A stretch of DNA of 64,000 nt from Deltaproteobacteria bacterium (GCA_009692615.1 SHYW01000004.1:8273-72272), one strand, 5' to 3'. Positions 26,361 to 36,416 are shown, numbered from the stretch's first letter. Notes: a model not told the origin generated them from the letters alone. Numbers and translations are program-made.

Positions 26361-27515
26361 CTACGAAATCCGATAATGCTTGATCTTGTCTTCGTCCAAC
26401 TCGATGCCGAGCCCCGGCTTTGACGAAACGATCACCTCGCCGTCGGCGTATTCGAACGCTTCGGTGATGACATCGTCCGAATAATAAATCCCCGCGATGC
26501 CGCCATGGCCTTTGCCCTTGGGCGTCGACACCGGCACGACGCAGCCGTACGTTACGACGCCGGTCGACGCCGCGAGGTGAATATTCGCCGCGTTGCCGAC
26601 GCCGGTTTCCACAGAACCGTTGACATTGCACTTGAGCCCCGCCGCTTCCGCCACCGCGGCAACTTTTTTGCCTTTGAACATGCCGCCGGGTTTAGTCGTG
26701 TAGAGGGAAATCACATCGGCGGCTTTTTTCTGGATGATCTCGATCACGTCCTGCGCCGTCCAAGCGCTTTCATCCGCCATGATCGGCGTGTCGACTCGGC
26801 GCACTACTTCAGCCATCTGATCGATGCCCTCCACCGGCTGTTCCATGTAAAGCAGATTATATCTTTCCATCTCGCGAATGATTTTCACCGCGGCCTTCGC
26901 CGTCGGATAGCCTTGATTGGCGTCGACGCAAATACTTAGGTCGGGACCGATCGCCGTGCGAATCTGTCTGACTAACTCGACATCGCGTTTTTGCTCGACG
27001 CCGCCCTTGAGCTTGATCGTCTTCACGCCCTCAGCTTTAGCTTGCAACGCTTCCTCGACCGCCTTGTCAATTTCCATCAAGCCAAGACTATGAGCGATGG
27101 GAATCCGCTCGCGAAACAATCCGCCGAGCAATTGATACGCGGGGACGTTCAAGGCTTTGCCGACGACATCGTAAAGCGCCGCGTCGATGGCCGCTTTGCA
27201 ATAGGGATAGCCTTTCACCGCCTTATCCATCAGGCCGTGAATCGATTCGAATCGGCTCGGATCCTGGCCGCTCAGTGCCGGTGCGAGAATGTCGTTGATG
27301 ATATGCGCCGTGGTCTGCGGCGTCTCGCCGAAATATTTCCCATGATCGCCGCCCCAGTCTTTCAGCACCGGCGCTTCGCCGAGACCGATCAAGCCTTGGT
27401 CGGTGTAAAGTTTGATGATGACATAGACACCGATGGGCGTCGTCAAACTCGCCCACTGATGCACGCGTCGCGTCGGCAGGCGAATCGGAATAGTTTCAAT
27501 CTTGGTGATTTTCAT
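26361..27515 (-). CDS. enolase superfamily, mandelate racemase/muconate lactonizing enzyme family protein
   Basis: ..KLKGG..CVDANQGY..LYMEQP..IMADES.. metal ligand pattern. Confidence 0.8.
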   Translation of the reverse strand: MKITKIETIPIRLPTRRVHQWASLTTPIGVYVIIKLYTDQGLIGLGEAPVLKDWGGDHGKYFGETPQTTAHIINDILAPALSGQDPSRFESIHGLMDKAVKGYPYCKAAIDAALYDVVGKALNVPAYQLLGGLFRERIPIAHSLGLMEIDKAVEEALQAKAEGVKTIKLKGGVEQKRDVELVRQIRTAIGPDLSICVDANQGYPTAKAAVKIIREMERYNLLYMEQPVEGIDQMAEVVRRVDTPIMADESAWTAQDVIEIIQKKAADVISLYTTKPGGMFKGKKVAAVAEAAGLKCNVNGSVETGVGNAANIHLAASTGVVTYGCVVPVSTPKGKGHGGIAGIYYSDDVITEAFEYADGEVIVSSKPGLGIELDEDKIKHYRIS

Positions 27516-27596
27516 TTAAAGCGACAACCTCGGTAACGCATAGACATCTACTTCTGGATATCAGCACCAACAACCCACAGCGCTCTCCGAATCTTA

Positions 27597-27697
27597 CCTC
27601 CTCTCCCTTGACGGGAGAGGACAGAGGTGAGGGTGCCAGAATCTTTCAATACCCCTCACTCTAACTCTCTCCCGCAAGGGGAGAGAGAACCGGAATC
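27597..27697. repeat. repeat family E copy (ctctcccttgacgggagag / gaggtgaggg..cccctcactc / ctctctcccgcaaggggagagag)
   Basis: Related copy at 62708-62815. Shares gggtgaggg arms and the cggaatcg motif with family D. Confidence 0.5.
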
Positions 27698-27721
27698 GAT
27701 GCGCGAGCCACGGCCCGAAAA

Positions 27722-28834
27722 CTAACCCACTCTCAACAAACTATCCGTCGGCGTCACATCGGACAACAACTCGCAGCCCTTATCCGTCACGCAAAACATA
27801 TCCTTGTTCTGCATACCGAAGCGGCCGGGAATATAAACCAACGGCTCGAAGGCGCCGACCATGCCCGCTTCGACGATTTCATCGCCATATCGTCCCATGT
27901 ACGGCTCTTCATGCAAATGCAAGCCGATGCCGTGGGCGACGAAGCTGATCGGCTCAAATCCGAGCTCGCTGAACTTTGCCAAAAATTTACGGTAAACCTC
28001 CGGACAACAGGCGCCCGGCTTGATCAAATCCATGACTAAATATTTACACTCGATCAGGTTCGACCAAATCTTATACTGCTCCTCTGTCGCGTCGCCGACT
28101 ACCGCCGTACGGCACACGCCGGTCAAATAGCCGCTCTTCTGGCCGAAGATTTCCATGCGAATGATGTCGCCGTGCTTTAGCTTACGATCCGTCGGCCCGA
28201 CGTTGGGAAACTGGCTGCGCTCACCCGAGGCGATGATCATGAGTTTATAGCTCTCCGCGCCACCGCCAAACAAAGAAGTCAGCAAGGTCCCGGCCAGCTC
28301 CATCTCGCTCATGCCGACTTTCGCCGAGCGTAGCGCCGTACCCAACGCGTGATCGGTAAGTTTGCTCAGCGAGCGAAGCAGAGCCAGCTCCCCCGCCGTC
28401 TTGATCTGCCGCGCCTTATTGAAAATCCCATCGGCCGCTGACCAGTTGGTATGCGGCAAGCGTTTTTGCAGCGTCGTAAAATCCTTCGCCGGCAGAAACT
28501 CCAACTCGATGGCAACCTTGCCGCGATCTAATTTTAGATCAACCAACGCATCGGCCAGCTTATCCATCGGATCGTCGGAGAACTCCCGATAGATGCGCAA
28601 ATCGTCGATGCCGGCATGAGCCTTGACCGTGGTCGCCTCCATATCGATAGCAACCATAGAAATTTTTCCGTCCGCTGTCACAATACAAGCCGCATGGCGC
28701 CAGCGCATGAGCGACTGCGACGGCACCACGAAACCGGAAACGTAGGTTACGTTTTCTGGCGAAATCGCGACGATGGCGTCTAAACCTCCGGCGACGATTC
28801 GTTTCCTTAAGCGCGCGACAATTTCTTGATCCAT
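27722..28834 (-). CDS. M24 family metallopeptidase (creatinase/Xaa-Pro peptidase-like)
   Basis: 370 aa, with ..HGIGLHLHEEP.. Confidence 0.75.
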   Translation of the reverse strand: MDQEIVARLRKRIVAGGLDAIVAISPENVTYVSGFVVPSQSLMRWRHAACIVTADGKISMVAIDMEATTVKAHAGIDDLRIYREFSDDPMDKLADALVDLKLDRGKVAIELEFLPAKDFTTLQKRLPHTNWSAADGIFNKARQIKTAGELALLRSLSKLTDHALGTALRSAKVGMSEMELAGTLLTSLFGGGAESYKLMIIASGERSQFPNVGPTDRKLKHGDIIRMEIFGQKSGYLTGVCRTAVVGDATEEQYKIWSNLIECKYLVMDLIKPGACCPEVYRKFLAKFSELGFEPISFVAHGIGLHLHEEPYMGRYGDEIVEAGMVGAFEPLVYIPGRFGMQNKDMFCVTDKGCELLSDVTPTDSLLRVG

Positions 28835-28910
28835 ATTGAATGGAAGCGAGAATATCGGCTGCTGCTCGGGGGGTCAAGCGAAACCGACTTGATAGCAATT
28901 GGAGCTTCGA

Positions 28911-29417
28911 TTAATGCGACTGCTCGCCCGCGGTATTTTTCTTCAAACTAAACTCTATCGGCTGCGTGCCACGATCATCCTGCACACGCATGTGAACTTG
29001 GCTATCTGCCAACTTACCCCAGGGATAGGTTTTATGTTCGCGATTAACATTTTCCGCGACTTCGACGTAGCGGATAAAAAGAGAAACAGCTGCGCCATTT
29101 ATCCGCCCTTCCTCCATGCCGTGCTTCAGGCCTAAATAACTCGCCGTGCCGAGGAGTGTTTCCCCTTCGGGTTGAAACATAAACCGCTCGGCATGTTTGC
29201 CGCGACCAGGATAATTCACCTCGCCTTGCCAAGATCCCGTGAGTTTCTGAGTCATCTGTGCGCTTACGACTACCGATTTGGCTAGACTGTCATTCTTTAC
29301 TTCCTGCCGCGACTGCCACCATGCGGCGAACGTCACCAACGCGATGATCAACGGCGCTTTCCAGATCAACCGCCGCATCAGTTTTTTGCGTAATTCTATT
29401 TGCTCGTTGCTAAGCAT
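28911..29417 (-). CDS. hypothetical membrane-anchored protein
   Basis: An N-terminal TM segment follows a basic stretch. No family recognised. Confidence 0.3.
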   Translation of the reverse strand: MLSNEQIELRKKLMRRLIWKAPLIIALVTFAAWWQSRQEVKNDSLAKSVVVSAQMTQKLTGSWQGEVNYPGRGKHAERFMFQPEGETLLGTASYLGLKHGMEEGRINGAAVSLFIRYVEVAENVNREHKTYPWGKLADSQVHMRVQDDRGTQPIEFSLKKNTAGEQSH

Positions 29418-29433
29418 GATGGGTCAACAATGT

Positions 29434-30080
29434 TCACGCCCAATACGTCGTCCGGTCAACGGGAATATGCTGCAACACTTCGCCCGGCACGAAATCTTCC
29501 AAGCGAATGCGCGTCAGCGCTTCGTCGGGACATTTTGACACCGGCGATAACGGTCGATCTAATGGCTTCGTCGCATCGACGATCATCGCCGAAGTTTTGC
29601 GCGGGTCGACCATCGATGGATCGATCAAGCTACCGCGCATGATTTGCTTGATGATCGACACTTGCAGATGCGGTTGGACGCGAGTCGCCAGAGCCCAAAG
29701 AATTTCCGTCGGATTGTAAACGTCGATGTCTTCGTCGAAGACAAAAACACTCTTGCACCAATCCCAGGTCAGCACCGCGGCCGCGGCCCGGCCTGGATCG
29801 CCTTCGGAAAGTTTTTTCATCGAGATGAAAACGTTCAACAGCGCGTGGCGGCCGCTGGTGCAGACGGTTTCGACATTGGGCACAGCCTCCCGGGCGCGGC
29901 GCAAGTAGGCGCCTTCGGGCGCCAGGTCCATCCACGGTTTGTCACCTTCCGGTGTGAGTATCGAAGTGTGCTGCGCGTCGCACGCAGCCGCTTGGCGCAA
30001 ATGGATAGCGAAGGTCGCGGCGATGGGACACCGGACAAAGCGCTTGCACTTCAACGGGACCTTGCCGACCAAAGTGACGT
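29434..30080 (-). pseudogene. 5'-truncated UbiD-family decarboxylase paralog (C-terminal ~215 aa only)
   Basis: ..VFVFDEDIDVYNPTEILWALATRVQ.. aligns with the C-terminal half of the intact UbiD at 12754-14325. The upstream ORF-track N-terminus is not UbiD-like and collides with a Sel1 fragment. Confidence 0.5.
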
Positions 30081-30094
30081 AAGAGGCCGACAGC

Positions 30095-30357
30095 CACTGG
30101 CTAATCGTCTTTATGCAGGCACCGGAGTCGAAAAGAATCCTGCCGAAGCGGTTCGTTGGTATCGCGCCGCGGCTGAACAAGGAAATGCAAACGCGCACTT
30201 GACTGTAGGTCTAAGATTGGTCGACGGTATCGGCGCACCGAAAGACGAGAAGCAGGGAGTTGGCTGGTATCGCCGTGCAGCGGAACAGGAACATCCGCAA
30301 GCTCGATTCAGTATGGCGTGGCCCCTCGGAGCTGGGCAAGGCGCACTTAAAGTATAG
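30095..30357 (+). pseudogene. Sel1-repeat protein C-terminal fragment
   Basis: LANRLYAGTGVEKNPAEAVRWYRAAAEQGNANAHLTVGL..GVGWYRRAAEQEH.. gives two Sel1 repeats with no start codon and no signal peptide. Confidence 0.4.
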
Positions 30358-30492
30358 ACTTATACAAATAACCTAGAAGTCGAGATCTTTCGACTAAAGC
30401 CTGAGGATGACATCAACTACAGTCCCTACTGAGCGATGAGAAATTTTCCGCTATTCAATTCTCGCCAAGATTCGGTATCATTACCAGTCAAG

Positions 30493-31164
30493 ATGATCAG
30501 CACAGTTATTTTCGATCTCGATGGGCTCCTTGCCGACACCGAACCGCTCCATTGCCGAGCTTACCAGTTGGCGATGGTTGAGCACGGCGTCACGGTTAGC
30601 GACGATGACTACGCCGACCATTGGGTCAAGCATGGCTACGGTATCGTCGACTGGGTCAACTGGCACAAACTCGAACTCGATCCCCACGCTCTGCGTCAAC
30701 GCAAGTCGGAGCATTATCTAAAGCTGCTCGAAACCTCATTGCAGCCCATGGACGGCGCGCTTGAATTACTCGCCGGCTTAACCGGCAAAATCCGCATCGC
30801 CCTCGCTTCCTCATCCTATCGCGACGCCATCGACGGCGTCCTCGCCGGTCTGAAGATCGCGCACTACTTCGAGGCCGTCGTCAGCGGCCAAGATGTCGCC
30901 AAGGTCAAACCGGCGCCGGATATTTTTTTACAAACGGCCGAGCGCTTGGCCGTCACGCCGTCAGAATGCGTGGTGCTCGAAGACGCCGAGAAAGGCGTCG
31001 TCGCCGCGCGGCTCGCCGGCATGGCTTGCGTCGCGGTGCCAAATCCATGGACGCGCCACCACGACTTTTCCCAAGCTACACGAGTTTGCGGCTCCCTGAG
31101 AGAAATCGATTTGACTTTCTTGCGCGGCTTAGCGCCAGCGATAAACGAGAGACATTTGCCATGA
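30493..31164 (+). CDS. HAD family hydrolase (subfamily IA, beta-phosphoglucomutase-like)
   Basis: VIFDLDGLLADTE motif I, and ..VLEDAEKGVVAARLAGMACVAVPN.. motif III. Confidence 0.75.
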   Translation: MISTVIFDLDGLLADTEPLHCRAYQLAMVEHGVTVSDDDYADHWVKHGYGIVDWVNWHKLELDPHALRQRKSEHYLKLLETSLQPMDGALELLAGLTGKIRIALASSSYRDAIDGVLAGLKIAHYFEAVVSGQDVAKVKPAPDIFLQTAERLAVTPSECVVLEDAEKGVVAARLAGMACVAVPNPWTRHHDFSQATRVCGSLREIDLTFLRGLAPAINERHLP

Positions 31165-31856
31165 CCGCATGGCTCGATCGGTATTACGGCTTCATTCTAG
31201 TCTTGGCGGTGCCCGCGCCATTGTGGTTCAGCGTCGCCCAAAACCCCGCGGACCTGCGTCTCGCCGCGCTCCACGATGCACTCATCTGGTGCGCTATTTT
31301 ACTGATCGGTTGGTTGATCGTCAGAAAACTACCGCGCTACCAAGTCCGCGGCGCATGGCGCCAACCGACGACGCAGGAATCCCGCCGTTATCTAAGATGG
31401 CTACTCGCCGTCTTGGTGATCGACTTCAGCTCCAAAGCGCTATTTTTCCGCTGGGACAACGCGCAGCGAATCGAGATCTTCAAAGACTTCGGCATCTACT
31501 CGATGTTTCACGTCACGCCGTTTGAATCCTTTCACGTCTACCTACTGCTCTATTTCGCTTATCTGTTTTTACTCGGACCCTGGTATTTTCGTTTCACCAA
31601 ACCGGTCCATGACCGCATCTGGGTGGCATCCAGCGCCACCGCCATGGGCGGCGTCATCGCCCTCACCGGCGAGCGCTGGCTCTTCGGCGGCGTCCACGAC
31701 TCGTTTTATTTCGCCGGACGATCCTTACTTTATGTCTGGACGCCGGCGGATTTTTTCGTTCATGCCAGGGTCTTACCGTTCATCGTTTTGCTCGCCTCAT
31801 ACGCCGGCCGGCACAGCGCTGAAACCAACCGTCTCTTGCAGGACCCTGCGCCGTGA
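31161..31856 (+). CDS. hypothetical integral membrane protein (weak resemblance to lipoprotein signal peptidase C-terminal motifs)
   Basis: Five or six TM helices. ATGA overlap with the HAD gene. GGVHDSFYF..WTPADFFV is loosely like the LspA C-region. Confidence 0.35.
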   Translation: MTAWLDRYYGFILVLAVPAPLWFSVAQNPADLRLAALHDALIWCAILLIGWLIVRKLPRYQVRGAWRQPTTQESRRYLRWLLAVLVIDFSSKALFFRWDNAQRIEIFKDFGIYSMFHVTPFESFHVYLLLYFAYLFLLGPWYFRFTKPVHDRIWVASSATAMGGVIALTGERWLFGGVHDSFYFAGRSLLYVWTPADFFVHARVLPFIVLLASYAGRHSAETNRLLQDPAP

Positions 31857-31902
31857 CGTAACTTGGCAAGTGAAAATTCATTAGTCCAAGGAGCATTTCA
31901 TC

Positions 31903-32904
31903 ATGGCCTCAGCTGAATTGATCGTCGATGTGCACCACCACTACATGCCGGCGCAATTGTTCGATCGCCTGGCCGCCCAAGCCGGCGGTAAACGCATCGT
32001 CACCAAAGAAATTAGTCTAACCCTGCACCCGTCGCGCAAAGATCTCGACGCTCATATCAAAGCGATGGACGAAGCGGGCGTCACGGTCTCGATCCTCACG
32101 GACCAGGTCCAAGTCATGGGCGCGGATGTGGCTCGGGCGCTCAACGACGGTGTCGCCGAGGTGGAGAAGAAACATCCAAGCCGTTTTCGCAGCGCCATCC
32201 ACATGGCGATCCACGAGCCGGAAAGCGCCAAGCGCGAGCTCGAACGGGGTATCCACGAGCTCGGCTTGCGCTCCGTCGCCCTGCTCGCCTGCCACCTCGA
32301 CGTCCAGCTCGACAACCCGATCATGTTCCCGCTTTACGAGATCATTCAAAAAAACAATTTGCCGATCATCATCCATCCGCAGTCGAAACCCACGGGTTCG
32401 GAAACCACCTACAGTCTCGACCGCTGCGTGTTTCGCCCGCTGGAAACCACTCAAGCGATCGTGCGCATCATGAACGCCGTGCTGCCGCGCTTCCCCGAGC
32501 TGCGTTTCATCATTCCCCATCTCGGCGGCGCCGCGTCGTCGCTCAAAGGGCGCATGATGGCGTTTTTCGAAACCGACGACGCGCCGATTCCGGCGGAGAT
32601 GCGCGGCTATTTGAAAACTCAAAACGAACAGATAAAATTCGGCGTCACCGAACGGTTTGAAAATCTATTTCAACGGCTCTACTTCGACACCGCCGGCACC
32701 GGCGCCTGGGCGCCGTCCATGGCCGCGGCATTGAATATCACGACAGCCGACCGCATCATGTTCGGCAGCGACTATCCGTTGGAATGTAAAAGCGCCGCGA
32801 ACATCATCGAGTCCATCGACATGGTGCGCCAAGCGCCCTGCTCCACAGCCAACAAGTCGAACATCCTCGGCAACACCGCGGCGGGAGTTTTCAACTTACA
32901 ATAA
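31903..32904 (+). CDS. amidohydrolase-2 family metal-dependent hydrolase (ACMSD-like)
   Basis: VDVHHHY N-terminal metal site, and ..IIPHLGG.. AAGGAG ribosome-binding site. Confidence 0.75.
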   Translation: MASAELIVDVHHHYMPAQLFDRLAAQAGGKRIVTKEISLTLHPSRKDLDAHIKAMDEAGVTVSILTDQVQVMGADVARALNDGVAEVEKKHPSRFRSAIHMAIHEPESAKRELERGIHELGLRSVALLACHLDVQLDNPIMFPLYEIIQKNNLPIIIHPQSKPTGSETTYSLDRCVFRPLETTQAIVRIMNAVLPRFPELRFIIPHLGGAASSLKGRMMAFFETDDAPIPAEMRGYLKTQNEQIKFGVTERFENLFQRLYFDTAGTGAWAPSMAAALNITTADRIMFGSDYPLECKSAANIIESIDMVRQAPCSTANKSNILGNTAAGVFNLQ

Positions 32905-32908
32905 GCCA

Positions 32909-33484
32909 ATGAAGAAGCTGCCTTCACTGCCGACCGCAGTATTGCTGCTGTCCGTCCTATTCCCCGCGACGGCATTGGCGGCGGAAGCGCCGGTGACGAA
33001 GCGCGCCGAGTTGGAACGCATTGAGCGCGCCCTCGGCGCCGATGTGCCGAAAGTGCTTTGCTTGGACGACAGTTTCACCACCGGCGCTCAGCCCACCGCC
33101 GAAGCCTATGGCAAGGCCGCCGCCAACGGCTTTCGCGCCGTGCTGAGCCTGCGCACCAATAGTGAAGGCATCGATCTCGTGCTCGAACGCGCCAGAGTCG
33201 AGAGCCAGCGCCTGCGCTATTTCAATATTCCGGTAAACGGCTCAGCGCCGCGGCCCGAACAGGCCGACGAATTTCTACGCATCGCGCGGGACAAAAGCAA
33301 TCATCCGATGCTGGTCAATTGCGCCAGCGCCAATCGCGTCGGCGCCTTCATGATGATCCTGCGAGTGGTCGATCAAAAATGGAGCGAGGGGAAAGCTCTG
33401 GAGGAAGCGATCAAAATCGGTCTCGCTAGCGAGGTTTTGCAGAAATTCGCCAAGGACTACATCGCGCTCCACAAAGCTCAGTGA
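32909..33484 (+). CDS. secreted DUF442/TIGR01244-like (PTP-fold, CX4R loop) protein
   Basis: Signal peptide, then ..AANGFRAVLSLR..FNIPV..PMLVNCASANRVG. The CX4R loop matches DUF442 HCRSGTRS. Confidence 0.45.
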   Translation: MKKLPSLPTAVLLLSVLFPATALAAEAPVTKRAELERIERALGADVPKVLCLDDSFTTGAQPTAEAYGKAAANGFRAVLSLRTNSEGIDLVLERARVESQRLRYFNIPVNGSAPRPEQADEFLRIARDKSNHPMLVNCASANRVGAFMMILRVVDQKWSEGKALEEAIKIGLASEVLQKFAKDYIALHKAQ

Positions 33485-33501
33485 ATTGCGTGGTCTTTAG
33501 C

Positions 33502-34089
33502 ATGACGAAACGAAAAACACGGAACACGATCAAAGCTCTGCTCGCCTGGAGCGTGATTCTCTCGTGGCAAAGCGCAATCGCAGCCGAAACGCCGCGCCAA
33601 AGCCAGCGCCCCGCGACCGATGAATTTGACTCTCTGATCAAAGCCGCGGCGCCGATCGTGTTATGTATCGACGACAAGCCCTCAAGCGGCGGGCAGCCAT
33701 CCGGCGACGCCTATGCCAACGCTGCGGCCAACGGCTTTCGCGCGGTGCTGACGCTGCGCGCGCGCCAGGATGGTGTCGATACCTTGCGCGAGCGTTTCAT
33801 GGTCGAGCAAAATCAGCTGCGCTACTTCAATCTGCCGTTTCTGGATCATCTCCCAACCCACGAGCAAATCGATGAGTTCCTACGACTGGTGCGCGATAAA
33901 CGCAACCAACCGATGTTGGTCAACTGCGCGTTCGCCGAACGGGTCGCGCCCTACATGATGATCTTCCACGTCGTCGAGCAAGGCTGGAGCGAGACCAAAG
34001 CTGCCGATGAAGCGAGCCATGCCGGTCAGCGCCGGGCCGAACTGCAAAAATTCCTGCGCGCTTACCTCAAACCGCGCGGCACGAAATAG
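33502..34089 (+). CDS. secreted DUF442/TIGR01244-like protein, tandem paralog
   Basis: ..AANGFRAVLTLR..FNLPF..PMLVNCAFAERVA, about 45% identical to the upstream copy. Confidence 0.45.
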   Translation: MTKRKTRNTIKALLAWSVILSWQSAIAAETPRQSQRPATDEFDSLIKAAAPIVLCIDDKPSSGGQPSGDAYANAAANGFRAVLTLRARQDGVDTLRERFMVEQNQLRYFNLPFLDHLPTHEQIDEFLRLVRDKRNQPMLVNCAFAERVAPYMMIFHVVEQGWSETKAADEASHAGQRRAELQKFLRAYLKPRGTK

Positions 34090-34387
34090 AGGCGGGACCG
34101 GCTGTGGCAGCGCGTCGATCTGCCGCCACCGTCATCAAAACCGCTAAAGAACAGATTACAACCAGAGATCATCGGCGCTGCATCAAATTTCTTTAATCCA
34201 CCTAGCGCGGCACAAAACCCGCGCAACAATTCGCGCTACGGTGTGACAATTCCCGTTATTCACAGCCACGCCGCTGACATCGCCTTCTTACCTCAACTGT
34301 GCTCCGACGTAATCGATTTCCCGCGGCGGAAGTGGCATCTGCTTTGCTCAAAGCAGGAGTAGAATAACAAACCCCCAAGGAGGCAAA

Positions 34388-34717
34388 ATGATCAAAAACA
34401 ACCTCAAACCCTTAGCCTTGTCAGCCATGATGGCGCTGTCTGTGACGGTCGGCGCCGGCCACGCTAAAGCTAACGAAAGCGGCGTCATTTCCAAGCAGGC
34501 GAACGCCGATGGCACCTACTGCCACATCAAATATATGGCGTTCACCGCTGAATCCCTGCGCAACGGTTCGTTGGAATTCGAACCGTCCGACGTCATCGAC
34601 AGCTACGGCCCCTGCGATTTCGATCCCAAGAGCCAGCAGGAAGTGCGCAAACAATTGGCCGCCTCCAGTCGCGGTATTCACGGCGACGGCAGCAGCAGCG
34701 GCGACAGCGGCGACTAA
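34388..34717 (+). CDS. small secreted protein, hypothetical
   Basis: Signal peptide and Gly/Ser-rich tail. AAGGAGG ribosome-binding site, with an intrinsic terminator downstream. Confidence 0.4.
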   Translation: MIKNNLKPLALSAMMALSVTVGAGHAKANESGVISKQANADGTYCHIKYMAFTAESLRNGSLEFEPSDVIDSYGPCDFDPKSQQEVRKQLAASSRGIHGDGSSSGDSGD

Positions 34718-34750
34718 TCCCGATCGATCCTTATCCAATCGAACCGATCA

Positions 34751-34788
34751 GACTGGGAGAGTCACTCGCTCTCCCAGTCTTTTTTTTT
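34751..34788 (+). terminator. intrinsic terminator
   Basis: gactgggagag-tcactcg-ctctcccagtc followed by T9. Confidence 0.65.
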
Positions 34789-35353
34789 AGCCTCGGCGTA
34801 AAGCCGGGTCGTGCATTTCCACGCACTCTCGCACCAATACGTCGGGATCGTGGTTGAAGATGACAACCGCCGAAGTTATTTTATTGCAAAAGCTAATTAT
34901 CTCTCGAAGATGATCGGCGACTCCGCCGCTACCGTCGAGGACACCGATGATCTTTCCTTCGTCGTAGGCGATGGTAAATTCGTTAAGCGTGCCGGTGGCG
35001 CCGCCAAAGATAATGACGATATCGGCCGAGCGGATATTGATGACATTGCGTCCCTTGTATCCGAAGCCGGTGTAGACGATGAGATCGGCGCCATCATCCG
35101 GCAACCCGAAGCGACTTACGTGTTCACGACGATTCTCCGCCGGTGAGATCCCCAACGCAAAACCGCCCCGTTTGCGAAACGCCTGGGCAACTTGATTCGG
35201 CATTCCGGTGGTAGCGCCGGTTAATAGAAAACAATCCGCGGCAGCGATCGCCGAGCCTAATTTTTCCGCCAGCTGTTGCAGGCGATTTTCTTCTGTTGCC
35301 GTGAGCCCATCGTTGGCCGACGCGCCCATCACGCCAATGACCGGTTTCGCCAT
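34787..35353 (-). CDS. TIGR00725 / LOG-SLOG family Rossmann-fold nucleotide-binding protein
   Basis: VIGVMGAS..LLTGATTGM..GISP..VYTGFGYKGRN..IFGGATGTLNE follows the family consensus. Confidence 0.55.
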   Translation of the reverse strand: MAKPVIGVMGASANDGLTATEENRLQQLAEKLGSAIAAADCFLLTGATTGMPNQVAQAFRKRGGFALGISPAENRREHVSRFGLPDDGADLIVYTGFGYKGRNVINIRSADIVIIFGGATGTLNEFTIAYDEGKIIGVLDGSGGVADHLREIISFCNKITSAVVIFNHDPDVLVRECVEMHDPALRRG

Positions 35354-35408
35354 CCCCGCCTCCTATTATTGTAATTGACTGACCCCAGCCTTTTTTTACT
35401 TTGCCCAC

Positions 35409-36416
35409 ATGGGAAGACACCTTTTCCCAATCATCCTAACAGCCGTTCTGCCATTCTCAACGAGTTTTGGCGCCGAACGCTCGCAATTGGATCGTGCCAA
35501 GCGTGAAGGAAAGCTGGTTGCCTATTTGGCGATGAACGCCGCCGACGCGGTCACCGTGCAAACCAGCTTCGAGAAAAAATATCCCCAGATCAAAGTCGAA
35601 CTGGTGCGCATGGGCGCGCCGGCGATCTTGCAGCGCATTCTCACCGAGCATCGCGGCGGCAAAGTATTTACCGACGTCGTGCTCGGCTTTGGCTTTGTCC
35701 ACTACGAGCTGGCGCAGCAAAAGCTCTTGGCCAAATACGAATCGCCGGAGCGAAACAACTATGTCGCGCAGTTCAAAGACACTGAAGGTTATTGGACCAA
35801 CGTCATGCCGATCGTCCACACCGTCGCCTACAACAGCAAAATGTTGTCGCCGGCGGAACTGCCGGCGCGCTACATCGACCCGCTGCAAGCCAAATGGAAA
35901 GGCCGGCTCGGTTTGAACAGCAACAATCTAATGTTCCTGGCCGCCATGACGACCCATTTCGGCAAGGAAGCCGGCAGGGACTTTTTGCAGAAACTCGCCG
36001 CCCAGTCGCCACAAGTTCGCGGCGGCGGCAGTTTACTCTTAACCCTCGTCGCCGCCGGGGAGTTTCCCTTGGGATTTTCGATCAACGAAAACAACGTCGA
36101 AAATCTAAAACTCAAAGGCGCGCCGGTGGATTGGTTAAAGCCGATCGATCCGCTCTACGGCGAGTTGGTGTCCATCGGCGTCACGGCGGGCGCGGCCCAT
36201 CCAAATGCCGCGAGGTTATTTATCGATTACGTCTTATCGAAGGACGGCCAAGAGCTGTTTCGCAATCTGGGAAAAATTCCCGCGCGCAGCGATGTCACGC
36301 CCAAGATCAGCATTGATCGCGACAAGATCCGCATGATCCCGCCCGAAGAAGCGGCGCGCACCCAATACTACGCCAAACTGTTCGACTATCTATTCGTGAA
36401 ACGGGCGGCTAAATAA
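35409..36416 (+). CDS. family-1 extracellular solute-binding protein, Fe3+-type (third paralog)
   Basis: Signal peptide, and ..AKREGKLVAYLAMNAAD.. Confidence 0.65.
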   Translation: MGRHLFPIILTAVLPFSTSFGAERSQLDRAKREGKLVAYLAMNAADAVTVQTSFEKKYPQIKVELVRMGAPAILQRILTEHRGGKVFTDVVLGFGFVHYELAQQKLLAKYESPERNNYVAQFKDTEGYWTNVMPIVHTVAYNSKMLSPAELPARYIDPLQAKWKGRLGLNSNNLMFLAAMTTHFGKEAGRDFLQKLAAQSPQVRGGGSLLLTLVAAGEFPLGFSINENNVENLKLKGAPVDWLKPIDPLYGELVSIGVTAGAAHPNAARLFIDYVLSKDGQELFRNLGKIPARSDVTPKISIDRDKIRMIPPEEAARTQYYAKLFDYLFVKRAAK

